Shown: positions 25,031 through 38,436 of the stretch, in pieces
Layout: the number at the start of each line of letters is the position of its first letter
How positions within the stretch are numbered: position 1 is the first letter of the stretch
Assembly: GCF_001194135.2 (NCBI RefSeq)
Contig: NC_068990.1
Coordinates: 37,809,807 to 37,873,806, forward strand
Origin: Octopus bimaculoides
Taxonomy: Eukaryota
DNA: 64,000 bases
Direction: 5' to 3'
Notes under the pieces: model-generated
Seen by the model: only the letters and a program-made list of their open reading frames with translations
Databases searched by the model: none
What the model was told of the DNA's origin: nothing
Position numbers and translations under genes: made by a program

Positions 25031-25689
25031 TGGAACATATATTGATTCACTTTCATGCATAGTCTGTGAAACATTGATCAAAGGGCTAATCTAAGGATGA
25101 GCAGCAATATCAACATGACAAATATTAATGTAAAAAATGTAGAAACAACAAAACAACAAAACCAGCAATATCATCCAAACTGACTGGTTAGCCTTTACAC
25201 AGTTGTTTGAACTGCTAGAAACAGCAGCCAAATCTCCTACAAATTTAGCAAAAGGACATGTTGGGTATTATGGTCCTGGGTTGTTTGCACGTAGAAAATA
25301 GCAGGATGGTCACAGCTGGATTGTCTTTGATCATAAACCTGCTCATTCAGGATTTGACTTGTGCAGTGAAACAACAATAACAACAGCATATTCATCAATA
25401 TCATCGTTATCATGACCTAACAGCAGTAGGAACATCTCAAAACAGCAATAATGACAGCGTATCCAACTAGGAAAGACAGTTAACCAATATATAGATTCAA
25501 TATAAACATTGGAAGATGTGCTAAAATAACTCACAATTCTGGTGCTGTGCCAAGCAATACATTAAAAAAAGCCAAGCTTGATGATTCTGTTGACATCTCA
25601 CAGCATGTCTCCCCAGATTTTTCAATGATGTACAGCTGTGCTAGACATTTCTCCTTCCCTGCCCCTTTCTGTCTATCTGCCTTTGTATG

Positions 25690-25750
25690 AATCTAACTGT
25701 TTATGTATCTATGTATACCGATCAATCTATTCCTTCAGCCATCTCATCAC

Positions 25751-25782
<32 letters not shown>

Positions 25783-26163
25783 ATAGCTATCTACCAAATT
25801 ATCTGTCTGTCTGGCTGTATGTATGTATGTTTATCTATCTATCTGTCTATCTATCTACCTGCCTACCTACCTACCATCTATCTATCTATCTATCTATCTA
25901 TCTGTATGTCTATCTAGCTATCTACCAAATTATCTGTTTGTCTGGCAGTATGTATGTTTATCTTTCTATCTGTCTATCTATCTACCTATCTACCTNNNNN
26001 NNNNNGTCTATCTAGCTATCTACCAAATTATCTGTTTGTCTGGCAGTATGTATGTTTATCTTTCTATCTGTCTATCTATCTACCTATCTACCTATCTACC
26101 TACCTATCTACCTACCTAACTACATACCTACCTACCTACATACCTGCCAGCCTACCTACCTAC

Positions 26164-26205
<42 letters not shown>

Positions 26206-26290
26206 GTCCATCTCTCTTTCTGTCAGTATATCTATCAATCTATCAATGAATCTATCTACCCTACCTACTTATCTGTCTGTCACTATATGT
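25690..26290. repeat. (TATC)n/(TACC)n microsatellite with a ~100-130 bp higher-order unit in three copies
   Basis: tatctaccaaattatctgt(c/t)tgtctggc(t/a)gtatgtatgt occurs at ~25789, ~25920 and ~26017. Confidence 0.85.
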
Positions 26291-27003
26291 CTGTATTTTT
26301 TTTTTTGTATTTATAGTAGTTAACAGGAGTCATTTCCATGGCAACTAATTGTATACGGCAATAAATTAAGCTTTCTATAAGAAATAATAAAAACCTGCAA
26401 GTTATATATTCTGCTGGGGTATTTTCTTTCTTCTTTTCTTTTTTTTAAACTGTTTCCACGAATAGGGCAGAAAAGTTCATTGAGAAAGAGTTAAGTAAAT
26501 TCATACATGCACTAAACACAAAATGCATATCAGTGCATACATGCATGTATATATATATGTCTATGAAAAACACACACATACACTCATAAACACACAAAAA
26601 ATATAAATGCATACACACACAGACACACACAGCTTGTTATGCACTCAAACATATAGCATATAGAAAAGGGATCTTTTCTATATCTAATGCTTCTGTTGGC
26701 AATAAGACCGTTCTATGTCTGAATGAAGGGCAGATTGTATGAGGTCTATGTACAGAGAACTACATAACATGGTAGTGAGATATGAGATTTCAATGTGGAA
26801 GATTAGGATCAGTGGAAAGAAAGGAGATGTGTTTGCTCTGCTCTACATGTAATTGTAGTGTGTATGGATGATGGAGTACAAACCAGCTGAGAGTAAAACT
26901 GATATAAGAAAAATGTATTCAGGGCCAATTTAATCAATTTTGTCTTAGAAAGCAGTCCCTAAAAAAGGTCAGATACTAGTAGTGAAAATCACAAAAATAA
27001 GTG

Positions 27004-27452
27004 AAGGTGGCGAGCTGGCAGAAACGTTAGCACGCCGGGTGAAATGCTTAGTGGTATTTCATCTGCCGCTACGTTCTAAGTTCAAATTCCACCAAGGTTG
27101 ACTTTGCCTTTCAACCTTTCAGGGTTGATTAAATAAGTACCAGTTATGCATTGGGGTCGGTATAATTGACTTAATCCGTTTGTCTGTACTTGCTTGTCCC
27201 CTCTGTGTATAGCCCCTTGTGGGCAGTAAAGAAATAAGAAATGTTAGTTAGCACACCGGGCGAAATGCTTAGCTGTATTTCGCCTGTCTTTACGTTCCGA
27301 GTTCAAATTCTGCAGAGGTCTACTTTGCCTTTCATCCTTTCGGGGTCAATTAAATAAGTACCAGTTACGCACTGGGGTTGGTATATTCAACTTAATCCGT
27401 TTGTCTGTGCTTGTTTGTCCCCTCTGTGTGTAGCCCCTTGTGGGCAGTAAAG
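27004..27452 (+). mobile_element. Head-to-tail dimer of SINE family B (27004-27240 full; 27241-27452 5'-clipped)
   Basis: Both units have gaaatgctta..gtatttc....ttacgttc.gagttcaaatt (B-box) ... ttaaataagtaccagtta.gca.tgggg ... gccccttgtgggcagtaaaga. Confidence 0.9.
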
Positions 27453-27914
27453 AGAAAAACATAAGTGAAGAATTAATTATTAAGGCCCCCACCAAGTGTT
27501 AACCATGGTTTGATATAGGCATCAAGATATGCATTTTTGGTGGACAGGGTCAATACACAGAGGTAGAACAGTGCCAGATATATAAATTTAATAATCTGCA
27601 ATGTGTTCTAAAACTTTATGAGAAAAATAGTTTCTAAATAGCAACTAGTTTGTTCTATGTGAATTTTCTGTAAGTCTTAGAATATGCTACAACACAGTAC
27701 AGTGATATGCAGTAATAAATTGAATGACTAGACATGGTATCACTGCAAACTCAGTAGCATTTAATGACCAATTCATGATTCAGTTTGTTTGAAGTCTGAG
27801 GGGAAGTTTTTAGAGAGAAAAAAAATAGATGTAATACAGAACCAATTTAGTTAGTTTAAATCTCCATATTTTACTTACTTTAACACTAACAGGAAGAAGC
27901 AATCATGGCTTATT

Positions 27915-28135
27915 ATGAAGGCAGCAAACTGGCAAAAGTAATTATGGCACTATACAAAATGCTGTTAAGCATTTTTTCTAGCTTTACATTTTGAGTTCAA
28001 ATTTCACCAAGGACAATGTTGCTTTTCATCCTTTCAAGGTCCATGAAATAAATGTCAACTTAATGCTGGGATTGATGTAATAGAATTACTCTAGCCCATT
28101 AGAATTGCTGGCTTTGTGCCAAAATTAGAAAGAAT
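27915..28135 (+). mobile_element. SINE family B, old copy
   Basis: ggcagcaaactggcaaaa...tgagttcaaatttcaccaagg...gcttttcatcctttc. Confidence 0.6.
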
Positions 28136-28349
28136 CATCACAATAATCATCATCATCATGAACATCGTCGTCGTCGTCGTCATCATCATCACATTATCCC
28201 TATTATTGCATTGTCCTAAGTAATGATAATGCAAGCAACTTTTCCCAGAAGCAACATTTTTCTTTGACATTATTCAAAGCTTTTACAAATTTGCCTGCTT
28301 CTGTATACATAGCAACATTCCCTTTATATTTCTATGACGGTAATGTTAC

Positions 28350-28395
<46 letters not shown>

Positions 28396-28399
28396 GGGT

Positions 28400-29040
28400 A
28401 CTTATTTGCTTGGTATTAAGAAGGCATTATTTAGAAGAAGGTCAATGCATTCTGAAACTACAAAGAACATTTCTAGAGCCTTTCAAGTTTGCAAAAGCCT
28501 CTCAGCTATAAAGGGAATCCTAAATGGTATTGCAGACACCACTTACAGAAACGCTTGTGGTTTTCTTTCAAGAATAGATGAGTTCAACCCAGGAACAATA
28601 ATCATAAGTATATAGATATTTTTACACAACTTCTAAATATCAATAATCTAACTATAAGGGACCACCATTCCTGATAGCAATTTTGCCATTGTCTTCAAAC
28701 ACTGCTCTTAAGGTAACACCGGGCCATGGTAAATTCTCCATTCTTTTACTTGGAATTTGTATCTTCAACTAACTTATAATAACACCCAACTGTGTACTGC
28801 ATCCTTTTAAAACATTGTTATCACTTAGTCATTGCTAACTGCTGCCCTACTGCCCTCACTTCTGTCTAAGGTTATTATCACACTAATGATGACACCCTCT
28901 TATACATTCCAACAGCAAAAAAACCATTATGTGTCTGACCCAATGAGAAAACTTCTCTGTGGTCTAAATGGTAACCAAATCACTTCACCTCCCTGCAAAG
29001 CAAAAAGGATGAAAGGATAAATTGGAAAGTGCAGTCCTAT
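28400..29040 (-). pseudogene. Decayed Tx1/L1-clade LINE reverse transcriptase fragment
   Basis: Minus frame reads LDY*YLEVV*KYLYTYDYCSWVELIYS*KKTTSVSVSGV (28651-28535). It matches the RT stretch VDHxYLxxVL..GFGP.F..WI..LYS...S.V.VNG in motif order and spacing. Confidence 0.55.
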
Positions 29041-29159
29041 ATATCTCTAAAATCACCATATGATTGTAAAAATAATCCCTGTAAGGATGAAACAGCTCAA
29101 TCAGGATTGTTCTTTTTTCTGATTTTTAACTTCATTTGGGTATTTGGTTTCTCTATGTC

Positions 29160-29975
29160 TTGCTGTGACTCTAGCGGTGAAATGTGCTGTGCGTGAGAAG
29201 ACCCGGCAAGCCAAGTGAGACCAAAATCCAAGGCCTCTGCCAGGGGTGTAGCCAGCCCACTCATGCGTACCTTTCCTACATTGGACACTAAACTCCACTT
29301 GCGAAGACTTGTTGAGGCAAGTGAAATCAAACTAAATTCGATGACTGGCACCCGTGCCAACGTCGTCTCCTTCATTGGACACGAAACTCAGCTTGTGAAG
29401 ACTTATTGGGGCAAGCGAATAGCGAAATCGGGATAGCACTTGTGCCCAGCGTCGCCTTTCTGGCACTTGTGCCCGTGAAATGTGTNNNNNNNNNNNNNNN
29501 NNNNNNNNNNNNNNNNNNNNNNNNNNNNNNNNNNNNNNNNNNNNNNNNNNNNNNNNNNNNNNNNNNNNNNNNNNNNNNNNNNNNNNNNNNNNNNNNNNNN
29601 NNNNNNNNNNNNNNNNNNNNNNNNNNNNNNNNNNNNNNNNNNNNNNNNNNNNNNNNNNNNNNNNNNNNNNNNNNNNNNNNNNNNNNNNNNNNNNNNNNNN
29701 NNNNNNNNNNNNNNNNNNNNNNNGTGGGTGGCACATAAAATACACCATTTTGAGCGTGGCCGTTGCCAGTACTGCTTGACTGGCCTTCGTGCGGGTGACA
29801 CGTAAAATCACCCACTACACTCTCTGAGTGGTTGGTGTTAGGAAGGGCATCCAGCCGTAGAAACTCTGCCAAATCAGATTGGAGGCTGGTGTTGCCATCC
29901 GGTTTCACCAGTCCTCAGTCAAATCGTCCAACCCATGCTAGCATGGAAAGCGGACGTTAAACGATGATGATGATG
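29160..29975 (+). mobile_element. 3' end of an RTE-type LINE (last codons, tandem-repeat 3' UTR, (GAT)n tail); interrupted by a gap
   Basis: CAVREKTRQAK* (29184-29218), then internally repeated cattggacac.aaact...gcgaagactt units, aaatcacccactacactctctgagtggttggtgttaggaagggcatccagccgtagaaac, and a (GAT)n tail. Confidence 0.7.
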
Positions 29976-30457
29976 ATATATATATATATATTGAGATAAC
30001 TGCGTGGTGTGTGTGTTGGGCATTCGTGCATGTATATGAATATTTGTAATTCTTAATTTGTCCTTCCATGTATCGTCAAATGCTTCTAAAGTTTCTCTTT
30101 GTAAACTGTAAACACTTTTTTTTTCATATTCCACAGTTTCTTCCCTTCCTTCAAAATACAGAATGAAATTTTCGCAATTTTTTTTTTTTTTTTGCATCTG
30201 TTTTCGTCCTCGTGGCTAATACAGAAAGAAGATTAATATTTAATATAAGCCGACACTCAGTGAATAATAACTCTGAGTTTCATATTTTTATAAGTTTCAA
30301 TGATATATATAATTCACATTATGTATTGAATTAGAACATTTCTTTGTTTTTCCAGCATAATGACCATCTATCTATCTATCTATACATATATATATGTATA
30401 CATATAAATGCATATATTTATTTACCTATCTCTTTCTCTCTCTCTCTCTCTCTCTAT

Positions 30458-30509
<52 letters not shown>

Positions 30510-30786
30510 TGCACACGCACAGAGACATGCATGAGTGTGTGTGCATGTGTATATAAGTACTTATTGTTGTAGTATGTAGGTAGCTGAGTATTTCACGGAC
30601 ACATGTTGCTTAAGATAATCCTGAGGAAGTGTGTAACAACAGTGGACCTTTGAACTACAAGGCACAATCTATCAGACAGGTTTGAACACATACACTCACA
30701 TATGTACATACACACACAATTAAAATTATTTCAGCTTACTCCTTATTTTTTCTTTTACATTTCAAATACTCAAATATAATAAAACT

Positions 30787-30829
<43 letters not shown>

Positions 30830-31251
30830 NNNNNNNNNNNNNNNNNNNNNNNNNNNNNNNNNNNNNNNNNNNNNNNNNNNNNNNNNNNNNNNNNNNNNNN
30901 NNNNNNNNNNNNNNNNNNNNNNNNNNNNNNNNNNNNNNNNNNNNNNNNNNNNNNNNNNNNNNNNNNNNNNNNNNNNNNNNNNNNNNNNNNNNNNNNNNNN
31001 NNNNNNNNNNNNNNNNNNNNNNNNNNNNNNNNNNNNNNNNNNNNNNNNNNNNNNNNNNNNNNNNNNNNNNNNNNNNNNNNNTTTGTGTGTGCAAGTGTGT
31101 GTTTGTGGTGTGTATGTGTGTGTGTATGCCTAAAGTGCAGGCATAAACCTGTTTTGAAAGTCCCATACTGTGGCTAAATATTAAAAATAAACAATAATAT
31201 ATAAGATTTAGATATATACACATGTATACATTTTATATACACACAAAACAC

Positions 31252-31324
<73 letters not shown>

Positions 31325-32162
31325 TACACATACACACCAATATATATGTATTTATAGAGATGATGATCTATGCATATATTACTATTTGCATATATAGATG
31401 TATATAAATGTGCATGTGTATATATGTGTGAGCATATAAACATATCTCTATTGCTATATTTATATCCATATGCACGCAGACATAGCTATACACTCGTACA
31501 CTTAGTCACACAATTGTACATCCATACATATAAATATAGAACATGAATATACAAAAATTTAGTTATAAAGTATAAATATAAATGTAGATAAAATATATAG
31601 ATAATATAAAATAAAATAAACACATAAAACACTGAAATAAAAATGTTTAACAATGAGACATAAAATTGTCCCTCAGTGAATGATGGGAGGTAGATAGGTG
31701 AAGGTCAGCTTGAGATTTGATCCAACTGCAATGAATAATCCATGCATAGAATATTATCTGTAGATTGGTCATATTCATATCTTTGGAGAGAATACTTTTC
31801 TTTTGAGTAGGATTTTTTTTGGTTGTTTTGTTCTGTATACTTTGAGGTGATATATGTGTATGTATGTGTTTCCTTTCCTACACTCTAGTGTGCATGTGTT
31901 TGTGTGAATGAGTGCGTGTGTGTGTGTGTTTGTGTAATGATGAAATGATGAAGAGATAGGGAAACTGAAAGAGAGAAAAGCATAAAAGGAAGAAATAGAT
32001 TGATTAGTTTGGTATATATGTGTGCGTGTGTATGCATATACACGTGTGCATGTATATACATATATATATATATCAAAATATATACATACATATAATATGT
32101 ATATATATATATATATATATATTCATATATATGTACGTATGCGTATATTTATATATATGTCA

Positions 32163-32250
<88 letters not shown>

Positions 32251-32799
32251 CTACTTATATGTGTGTGTATACATACATGTATGCATGTATGTATGTATGT
32301 ATGTATGCAGCTTTTGGAATTGTGATGTTTTGAATTTTCATGTTTACATTGAAAGTTATATATTATACACATTTTCAGAAATTCATTTTCTAGTTTACAA
32401 GTTTGTGGTTTTCACGTTGTAAGGAGGTTTTCATTCAATACACCAGAGACCCAAGTATGACAAATTTTGACACTGTCTCACATTTACAATAAGGAAGCAT
32501 CATTGCTAATTAAAATAAAGCACATAAAATAATATTAGACAAATCTTAGCTGACAGCTCTGTAATTTTCTGTATAATTACACCAAAAATGAGAAAAGTAA
32601 CCATAGAAACAGAAAACAAACAGAAATATAAGTAGGCAACACATGTTCGTCATATATATCATGAAATCTACCAAGACTTGATTGCGTACAATTTTGAAAT
32701 ATGGCGATGATGATTTTATCACCTATAATATTATTTCCATGTTTTGTAATTTACTGCAAAACATGAAAGCAAGATGCCATTATTCTTTTCTGCTTTTCT

Positions 32800-33006
32800 A
32801 TTCTAGATACAAGGCCCGAAATTTTGGGGAGGGGGTCAAGTTGATTAGATCAACCCCAGTACACAACTGGTACTTAATTTATTGACCCGAAAGGATGAAA
32901 GGCAAAGTCGACCTCGGCGGAATTTGAATTCAGAACATAAAGAGAGAGAAAAGACCACTAAGCATTTCACCTGGCATGCTAACGTTTCTGCCAACTCACT
33001 GCCTTA
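32800..33006 (-). mobile_element. SINE family B
   Basis: caactggtacttaatttattgacccgaaaggatgaaaggcaaagtcgacctcggcggaatttgaattcagaac...gctaacgtttctgccaactcac. Confidence 0.85.
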
Positions 33007-33177
33007 GCAGGATACCATTATTACCAATCTTTCATTCTGATAGGATAGAGAGAAAAACATCTTGAACCTTAAAGGACTATTTCATTTAAAAACACTATCG
33101 TTCCAAAATAAACATGAAAGAGCAATAAGGTTATGTGTAGAATCTTTCATAAAAAATATTAAAGGCGTAAATATTAA

Positions 33178-33337
33178 GGTGTAGGAGTGGCTGTGTGGTA
33201 AGTAGCTTGCTTATGAACCACATGGTTCCGGGTTCAGTCCCACTGCGTGGCACCTTGTGCAAGTGTCTTCTACTATAGTCACGGGCCGACCAAAGCTTTG
33301 TGAGTGGATTTGGTAGACGGAAACTGAAAGAAGCCTG

Positions 33338-33385
<48 letters not shown>

Positions 33386-33638
33386 GTATGTATGTATGTA
33401 TGTATGTGTGTGTATATGTTTGTGTGTCTGTGTTTGTCCCCCCCCACACCAACATCGCTTGACAACCAATGCTGGTGTGTTTACGCCCCCGTAACTTAGC
33501 AGTTCAGCGAAAGACACTGATAGAATAAGTACTAGGCTTACAGAGAATAAGTCCTGGGGTCGATTTGCTTGACTAAAGGCAGTGCTCCAGCATGGCCACA
33601 GTCAAATGACTGAAACAAGTAAAAGAGAGTAAAAAGAG
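33178..33638 (+). mobile_element. Full-length tRNA-derived SINE family A with an internal (TA)n(TATG)n microsatellite
   Basis: A-box-like TGGCTGTGTGG, B-box-like GGTTCAGTCCC, body ggcaagtgtcttctactatag, internal microsatellite 33341-33410, and tail ...gactgaaacaagtaaaagag. Confidence 0.9.
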
Positions 33639-34313
33639 TGTGCACCCAGTCATGTCTTGAATGAGCATATTATTGTCATCATTATCATCATCATCATCAC
33701 TGTTTTAATGTCCAGTTTTTCATGCTTGTATGGGTTGGACAGAGTATATTGAGGTAGATTTTCTAGGGGTTGGTACCGTTTCTGCTGTCAAAACATTATG
33801 TATTTCAAAGCAGGGTAATATTTTCCTAAGGCCTAACGTTAATCATGGAAAGTGTTAGAATAAATGCATTTTTACAAGTTATTTATACATTTAATGAAAC
33901 AAATGAGAACAATATCTTATCTCATAGAGTATCCATATTCATCTTCAAACTATTCGTTTTAAATTTAAAAAAAATATTTTTCCAATTTTCAAAACCAAAA
34001 TTAGTATATTATAGATGTAATAGACAGGATAAAAAGGAGTCTGTGAAGAATGACTAGTGAATGCAAAAACAGTTCAGGCAAAGGTCTGTGGTACATTGAA
34101 TACATTTGGTGAGTATGGGTGTGTTTAATACTAGTGTGTTGTGCAGTGAAAAGGATCAGTCTTAATAGAAGTAAACTAGGTAGAAGAGTCCATTTGAATT
34201 GTTGAAGTAGAAGTAAGTATGAAGTTTTGTAACTTACTCCAAGGATTATATATGTAGGTGAAACAGAATATATATTTTGTCCAACTAATGATTATGGATT
34301 ACATACATACATC

Positions 34314-34390
<77 letters not shown>

Positions 34391-35867
34391 CGAATGATTT
34401 TGGATTACATACATACATATATATACATATAGAACTGAAGTTGTAGTATAAAATAGTTGCTTAAAGTGCTACTATAGTGACAAAACAAAGTTCAAGCCTC
34501 ATAGCTATGCCTATTTAATTTGATATATTGGTTGAACAATGCCATAGATGCAAGAATTTTGGGGTAGTATCATAGTGACCATTAGCTTTTAAGGAACAGA
34601 CTAAACTTTTTATCTCATTCATATGCTCAAACACATACAAATGCATTCATATAGTATGGTAAACTGGTTCTGATTTACACCAGTTTATGGGAACTTGCTA
34701 ACTACTTTTGCTAGACGCAGAAGAGAGTACTACTTGAGAACTACTTATGATGTTACTAACTTTCAATATCAAATGACTCAGTCCACCCCTGCTAGTAACT
34801 CATATGAATGGCTCTGTGATGGAACAACCTTCCTTAACTTCAATGCAATGCTGTGTTATCCAAATTCTAAACATATTCGTTGATATATTGGACTGTAGAT
34901 GTCAATAAAAGATGGATAAAAATCAAAACAGACAGCATCCAATAAGATTTGAACTCAGGAGTGGTGATATCAAAACTAAATACTTAAATGTATCCAGTTC
35001 CATTCATTTTTTGTCCCTGCAATTTATGTCACCTTTGATTAGGTGAGAATTAAAAATCATTTTACATAAAATACCACCATGCTATCTTTTTATCTTTTTA
35101 TCAATCACTTTATGAATAAGCTGTTCATCTTTATTTTAATTATTCAATCTTTATTTGCTTTACATTTTCAGTGAAATAGCTTTGGAGAAATATTCCTTTA
35201 AAAGTGCTAAACCATCCAAAATATCTCACCATTTCTCTTGTGCTTATCATTTGTTTAATTTCATACCCTGGAATCAACTGAAGAAAAAATATCTTTTTTC
35301 TTTTTTTCTTTTTGCAGACAATAATACTAATACTAATAATTATAATAATAATATTAATAATAATAATGAGAGTGTTAGTGAGATAACGATAAGAGAAGAA
35401 CAACCTGACAAGAAAGTTTATTGACTAAAGAACAGCGCCATTAAAATCACACGTTAAAGTCATACCTTTTTTAATTAATATAAACTTATCTTATGCAAAT
35501 ATCTCAAATGACCTGTTGGGATTCTAATGAAGAACAAATAAATGAGTAAATAGATAGTGTAAAGAAATAAATCAAAAGACAACGAAAGAATGTAGAAACA
35601 CTTAGATAAAAAGCAGAAAGCAAAGAAATTTGTGATTGAGAAAAAATGAAAGTTTGAAGTTTACTTTGAGAGAAAGGTTAGTTTTAGAAAGATAATTTTT
35701 AACTTTATATCAATATTCCATGTTGTAATAAAGGTCTTTATAACACTTATGAATATCACACATACACTTAGAAAAATGCATACACACATATGAACATATA
35801 TATAAACNNNNNNNNNNNNNNNNNNNNNNNNNNNNNNNNNNNNNNNNNNNNNNNNNATATATAGGGA

Positions 35868-36188
35868 ATGAAGGTATGTGGCTTTGCAGTTAGGGTATTT
35901 GTCTCATGATCGTAAAGTCATGAGTTCAATTACTGGTGGCTCGTTGTATTCTTGAGCAAGACATTTTATTTCACATTGCTCCAATCCACTCAACTGGTAA
36001 AAATGAGTAGTACCTGTATTTCAAAGGGCCAGCCTTATCACATTCTGTGTCACACAGAATCTCCCTGAGAACTACATTAAGTATACATGTGTCTGTGGAG
36101 TGATCAGCCCCTTATACATTAATTTCATGAGCAAGCAGTTCACTTGATCGAATCAACTGGAACTCTTGTTGTTGTAACTAACAGAGTG

Positions 36189-36190
<2 letters not shown>
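35868..36190 (+). mobile_element. tRNA-derived SINE family E (D-like head and core, different tail)
   Basis: gagttcaattac, ttcttgagcaagacattttatttcacattgctccaatccactcaactgg, and tail tgtatttcaaagggccagcctt. An inverted copy lies at 40762-41125. Confidence 0.75.
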
Positions 36191-36230
<40 letters not shown>

Positions 36231-36399
36231 CAAAATTATGATGCTATGATGCTAGGTGCTTCCATTATTTTCTCCAACCTCTGTATATGTATGTATATAT
36301 ACTTACATAACAACAAATTAATAGTCAATTACACACAAAGATTATACATACCAAACATACGTTCATTTACACCTTCTACACACATATTTAAAGAGTTTC

Positions 36400-36730
36400 A
36401 TGTAGGTGCAAGCATGGTTTCAGGTTCAGTCTCTCTGCATGGCAAGTGTCTTCTACTATTGTCCCAGGTGGACCAAAGTCTTATGAGTGAATTTGTCAAA
36501 TGGAAACTAAAAGGAGCCTGTCATATATGTGTGTATGTCTTTGTGTCCATGTTTGACCCCCACCACTGCCTACCTACCACTGTATGACAACCAGGGTTAG
36601 TGTAATTACATCCTTGTTCAACAAAAGAAACCAATAGAATAATGACCAGGTTTGAAGCATATAATTTGCAGGGTCAATTTGTTTGACTAAACCTCTTCAA
36701 GATGAACCCCAGCATGGCCAAATTCAAATA
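36400..36730 (+). mobile_element. SINE family A, degenerate and tail-clipped
   Basis: ggttcagtctctctgcatggcaagtgtcttctactat...ggaaactaaaaggagcctgtc...cagcatggccaca. Confidence 0.7.
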
Positions 36731-36979
36731 ACACAGCGGTGAAGCGTTGGTGCCATCGAAAGGCCGTCGTCTCGGCATGGATACTGCCTGCGAGTGTGTG
36801 TGTGTCCGTGTGTTATGCATGCTAACACACACGGCTGAGGCGGTCGACGGATAATAAGTTGGTCGCGTGAGATGTAGCAGTGAGAAGGAAGCGAGTGAGC
36901 GATTAATAGCGTTGCTAGAAGCGAGCAAAGAGCCTGCCGACTACATGCAACAAACACACACATGTACATATTTGTATGA

Positions 36980-37140
36980 AATATGAGTGGCTGTTTAGTA
37001 AGTAGCTTGCTTACCAACCACATGGTTCCAGGTTCAGTCCCGCTGCATGGGACCTTGGGCAAGTGTCATCTGCTATAGCCTCGGGCTGACCAAAGCCTTG
37101 TGAGTGGATTTGGTAGATGCAAACTGAAAGAATCCTATTG

Positions 37141-37193
<53 letters not shown>

Positions 37194-37267
37194 ATATAAC
37201 TGTATATATAAATTTATATATAGGTATGTATGTGTATGTTTGTGTGGTTGTGTTTGTCCCCACCCAC
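36980..37267 (+). mobile_element. SINE family A, cut by a gap
   Basis: gagtggctgtttagtaagtagcttgcttaccaaccacatggttccaggttcagtccc..., internal (TA)n, then tgtttgtccc. Confidence 0.85.
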
Positions 37268-37460
37268 NNNNNNNNNNNNNNNNNNNNNNNNNNNNNNNNN
37301 NNNNNNNNNNNNNNNNNNNNNNNNNNNNNNNNNNNNNNNNNNNNNNNNNNNNNNNNNNNNNNNNNNNNNNNNNNNNNNNNNNNNNNNNNNNNNNNNNNNN
37401 NNNNNNNNNNNNNNNNNNNNNNNNNNNNNNNNNNNNNNNNNNNNNNNNNNNNNNNNNNNN

Positions 37461-37505
<45 letters not shown>

Positions 37506-38405
37506 CATGTAAGGAGTAGACAACTGCCATATATATATGTGTATGTATGTATGTACGTATGTATGTATGTGTGTTTGTATGTTATTATATACTTAGAGAT
37601 GTACTATATAGTATGTACATAGAAGAGGCATGTAGCTGTATTTAAGAATAGAAGATGTTATCAAAGAGATAACTTTTCTGACATTCTCACATCAACACAA
37701 TGTTATCAACAAATATTAGAGTATTTTACTTCATATTTTTGCAGTTTTGTTTTTACCTCATGTTGTTTTTTTTGCTATGGCCTTTTTATTTTCTCTATAT
37801 CTATTTTTTTCTTAATTATTTGTTTTGATGTTTTCATTTTATTTATTTATCTAGTATGCTACATATATTTTCTCTTTTTCATATTTTCATATCATCTCTC
37901 TCTCCTCCTCCCTGCCCACTCTTCCGCATCATCATCATCATCATCATCATCATCGTTGTAGTCATCGTCATTGTCTTCTTCTTCTTCTTCTTCTTCTTCT
38001 TCTCCTCCTCTGCCACCTCCCCTCCGCCCCTCATCCTCTTCGTCTTCTTCTTCATCATCTTCATCTTCTTATTCTACTTCTGCTATCTTCATATCTTTAT
38101 AGTCCAACTCAGATTTTTTCTAATTATCTGCCAAAGACCTTAGTGGCAAATTAAAAACAGACACAATGAAATTGGGGAATAAAAATAAATGAGAAATAAA
38201 AGGAAACACATACAATAACAACAAAAAGGAAAATAATAAAAACATTAACAACAAATATATAATAATAATAATAATAATAATAAATCATGTTTAAAGAAAA
38301 ATTATATATACGAATTACATGAAGATAGATAAAATAGAATTGGATGGAAAGATATAACAGCAGTGAGGGAGAAGCATATAGATAGATAGAAATATATATA
38401 TATAA

Positions 38406-38436
<31 letters not shown>

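Noticed and set aside
27004-27100. tRNA genes at SINE heads (also 18497, 33178, 61163)
   Set aside because: A- and B-box-like motifs are present, but I could not fold a complete cloverleaf, and each head continues into multi-copy SINE body.
28546-28993. Minus-strand exon candidates (GGEVIWLPFRPQRSFLIG; KLCKNIY...PQAFL|gtaagt)
   Set aside because: Better explained as part of a Tx1/L1 RT relic in another frame.
34680-34883. Plus ORF VYGNLLTTFARRRREYYLRTTY...
   Set aside because: No recognisable homology and no convincing donor; a 60-codon ORF is within chance expectation.
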